Of a stretch of DNA of 64,000 nt, positions 61,355 to 64,000 are shown piece by piece (the first letter of the stretch is position 1; every line of letters begins with the position of its first letter). Where the stretch lies: positions 896,001 to 960,000 of the forward strand of contig CAWCNY010000003.1 of NCBI GenBank assembly GCA_963797095.1, given 5' to 3'. The notes under the pieces were generated by a model. That model was not told the DNA's origin. It worked only from the letters and a program-made list of their open reading frames with translations, and did not search any database. This DNA comes from an uncultured Chloroflexia bacterium (GTDB lineage Bacteria > Chloroflexota > Chloroflexia > QHBQ01 > JADMIH01). The position numbers and the translations under genes were made by a program.

Positions 61355-62701
61355 TTATTTCATCTTGGCAAGTGCGGATGTAGCCGCTTGCTGGGAGGCC
61401 GTCATGATAGATTGCGGGTCGTCACTACCCGTCCACAGCGCTGTCCACGCTTTGGCAGCGGGATCCCACAAGGCTCCCATGAATGGGGTGTTGGGCAAGG
61501 GCACGCCATCTTGCGCCTGGGCGTTGAACGCCGACACGATTGGGTCGCTGCTCAAGTCGCTGGCTGCTGCTGAGTTGGCAGGCACTTCGCCGGTCTTCTT
61601 GACCATAGCCTCCTGCTGCTCTTTGGACGTATAGAACTTCATGATGTCCACAGCTACATCGGGGTTCTTGCTGCCGTGCGCCAGCATAAGCACCTTCACC
61701 CCAACGAACGGCTTGGCCGGGCCGCCATCGCCGAAATCTACAGCCGGCAGTTTGCCAAGTCCGAAGTTCATATTGGCTTTTTGCAGGTCCGCAACGCGCC
61801 AGGGGCCGGTAAGCTCAATAGCGGCTTTACCGTCGTTGAACAAAGCGTCGGCTACGTTCGTATCAATGTCGGTGGGCATCAGACCTTGCAAGCCGCGAAT
61901 CCATTGTGCGGCGGCAAGAGCCTGGGGCGTGTCCAGGTGCGCTACCCCCTGGTCGTCCACATATTGAGCGCCCGCACCATAGAACCATGGCGCATTAAAG
62001 TAGGCATCCGTCGGGTTCCACACCGCGAAGTACTTGCCTGGGTTGGCCTTGGTGTAGTCCGTCATCATCTGCTTTAGCTCGGTAGTGGTCTTGGGCAGCT
62101 TATCCTCGGTAATCAGATCCTTGTTGTAGAAGAAGGTGATGGCTTCCAGAGTCTCAGGCAGGCCATAAATCTTTCCATCATAAGTCACGGCCGAAGTTGC
62201 CACGTCTCCAAAGTTCTGCTTCAGATAGTTTTGGTCAATGCCGCCCTGGCCATCAAGGGGGTCAATGACGCCTGTAAGAGCGTTCTGACCTATATTGTCG
62301 TCAACCCACGCCACAATATCGGGGCCAACACCAGCAGGTACGGCATTCTGAACTTTGGGGCCGATATCGGACACATTCAGAAGCTTGATAGCAACATCGG
62401 GGTGTTCCTTGACGTACTCGGCGAAAACAGCTTGCTTGGCGGTCAGATAGTCGCCGCCCCAACCATGCCAGATGGTGATCGTCGTCTTGGCGTCCGCGCT
62501 GCCCAGCGCGACCGCTGTCGGCTCGACTGTGGCTGTTGCCTCGGTCATCGCACCGCTGTTATCGGCTACCGCGGTATCGGTGGGTGCCGCGGTTGGCGAC
62601 TGGGCGGTGCCTGTGGTAGGGGTCGCAGAGTCACCGCAGGCGGTGAGTACGAAGGCCAGTATAACCACGGTTACGAGCCAGATATGTTTGAAAGACTTCA
62701 T
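61355..62701 (-). CDS. Malto-/galacto-oligosaccharide-type ABC solute-binding lipoprotein (MalE/GanS-like)
   Basis: Lipobox LTAC, GPDI, GKIYGLP, YNKDL, TGPW, KPFVGV, PNTPFMGALW. Confidence 0.9.
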   Translation of the reverse strand: MKSFKHIWLVTVVILAFVLTACGDSATPTTGTAQSPTAAPTDTAVADNSGAMTEATATVEPTAVALGSADAKTTITIWHGWGGDYLTAKQAVFAEYVKEHPDVAIKLLNVSDIGPKVQNAVPAGVGPDIVAWVDDNIGQNALTGVIDPLDGQGGIDQNYLKQNFGDVATSAVTYDGKIYGLPETLEAITFFYNKDLITEDKLPKTTTELKQMMTDYTKANPGKYFAVWNPTDAYFNAPWFYGAGAQYVDDQGVAHLDTPQALAAAQWIRGLQGLMPTDIDTNVADALFNDGKAAIELTGPWRVADLQKANMNFGLGKLPAVDFGDGGPAKPFVGVKVLMLAHGSKNPDVAVDIMKFYTSKEQQEAMVKKTGEVPANSAAASDLSSDPIVSAFNAQAQDGVPLPNTPFMGALWDPAAKAWTALWTGSDDPQSIMTASQQAATSALAKMK

Positions 62702-62768
62702 GGACTATCCTCCTAATTCGCTTCCCGGTTAATCTCAATCGCTATGATGCCCAGATCGTACTTTTGCA

Positions 62769-62843
62769 GCACGTAGTGCTCCCTGCGCAAGCGGCACGTA
62801 GTGCTCCCTGCGCAAGCGGCACGTAGTGCTCCCTGCGCAAGCA
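62769..62843. repeat. 25-bp tandem repeat x3 related to the galK repeat
   Basis: GCACGTAGTGCTCCCTGCGCAAGC(G/A) x3. Confidence 0.93.
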
Positions 62844-62986
62844 GTTATGTGTGGGGCCAGGCGCGGGGACCCCAACGATGTACGGGCCGCCATTGCCTGA
62901 AATACCTCCCTTCCTCTACTCTGAGACCGGGGCACCGGCCAGAGATGTCATAATAGGCCGCGTACACGGCCTCCAACCGCCTCTGT

Positions 62987-62998
62987 TTAACCGGTTAA
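62987..62998. promoter_or_regulatory. LacI-type operator candidate TTAACCGGTTAA
   Basis: Perfect CG-centred palindrome between the divergent SBP and LacI genes. Confidence 0.6.
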
Positions 62999-63203
62999 CT
63001 CGCCGCACAAAACAAACCACGAATTGTAAGTAAAGAGTGGCCGGTGTAGGTAGCATAGCCTGGACAGGAGGCGTTGTTGCTGCGTATTATACAGGAGTGA
63101 ACCTATCAGTACAACCCCATTAACAGCAACTCCAAGTAAAGAGCCGCTCGCTACTCAAAGGGGTATTGCCTGGTGATATAGCGTGAGCGAAAAAGGTGCG
63201 CCA

Positions 63204-64000
63204 ATGACTACACTGGCAGACGTGGCACGGTTGGCCGGAGTCACCAAAGCAACAGTGTCTTACGTGATCAACAACACCAAGAGTGTAAGTGAAACGACCC
63301 GCAAACGAGTGGAGGAGGCAATCCAGGCGCTGGATTACCACCCCAATCTACTTGCGCGTGGACTGTCTCGTGGGCATACTCGCATTCTCGCGCTTGCGCT
63401 CAACGCGATCACCAACCCCTTTTACGCCGAGTTCGCCGAGGAGGTGCAGCTTGCCGCCCGGCGGTATGACTACTACCTGTTGCTCTACAGCACCGGGCAA
63501 AGGGATGTGAAGGCTCCCAAACAGGCCCTCAAGCATATTTATTCGTTGATTGACGGCCTGTTGGTGACCAAGTCTGCGGTGCCTAGCTCCGAAGTGCAGA
63601 GGGCAGCGCAGCTTGGGATCCCGGTGGTGCTCTGTCTGGGCTGGACAGGAGTCGAGCAGGAGGGGCTTTTCCCGCTTGTGTATTACGATCACTTTCAGGC
63701 GGGCAGGCTCGCCGCCGAGCACCTGCTACAACTAGGTCACCGGCGATGTGCCGTCATAGTACCGGCCCCCCACCATTCGCCCCGCTTCAACGGGTTTCGC
63801 ACTTTGCTTGCCGAGGCCGGTGCCGACCTTGCGCCTGAGTTCATACAGGTCTGCTCCGAGGATACAATAGCGAGCGGGTATGAATCGGCACAAGCTCTGC
63901 TCTCCCTGCCCCAGAGACCTACAGCCATTTTCGCGACCAACGATTTGTTGGCTCTTGGAGCTATGGACGCAGTCCTTGATCGCGGCCTGCGCGTGCCGGA
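63204..64000 (+). CDS. LacI-family repressor (partial, runs off right edge; absent from ORF track)
   Basis: Hand translation MTTLADVARLAGVTKATVSYVINNTKSVSETTRKRVEEAIQALDYHPNLLARGL... Confidence 0.92.
   Translation, partial: MTTLADVARLAGVTKATVSYVINNTKSVSETTRKRVEEAIQALDYHPNLLARGLSRGHTRILALALNAITNPFYAEFAEEVQLAARRYDYYLLLYSTGQRDVKAPKQALKHIYSLIDGLLVTKSAVPSSEVQRAAQLGIPVVLCLGWTGVEQEGLFPLVYYDHFQAGRLAAEHLLQLGHRRCAVIVPAPHHSPRFNGFRTLLAEAGADLAPEFIQVCSEDTIASGYESAQALLSLPQRPTAIFATNDLLALGAMDAVLDRGLRVP

Overview
High-GC bacterial window, most likely Chloroflexota. This is inferred from the surface-protein domains (FFPxTGK...YFERAVFEYHPE and FADPAFQRVW...RSWMWGP types) and the Thr/Pro-linker lipoproteins. The left 2 kb holds a probable replicon-control module that the ORF track misses. 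It consists of a truncated minus-strand gene with two tandem DnaD-N/HTH_36-like winged-helix domains, a near-consensus sigma70 promoter plus intrinsic terminator defining an ~90-nt counter-transcribed RNA in its leader, a second similar sRNA unit, an orphan Phd/YefM-fold protein with operator-like repeats, and a parS-like palindrome that recurs further along the window. The rest is accessory cargo: modular secreted/surface proteins, transporters and three carbohydrate loci (CelR-box LacI + Opp-type ABC + GH2 + GH3; ROK + ABC + GH15 + GH66; LacI + SBP + GH42 + galT/galK), plus GH127 and a FucI-family isomerase. There is also a deletion scar, a frameshifted esterase, heptamer tandem-repeat spacers and a 24-25-bp mini-repeat inserted in frame in galK. 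No rRNA, tRNA, CRISPR array, transposase or integrase was seen. All family assignments are by eye from motifs; no database search was run.
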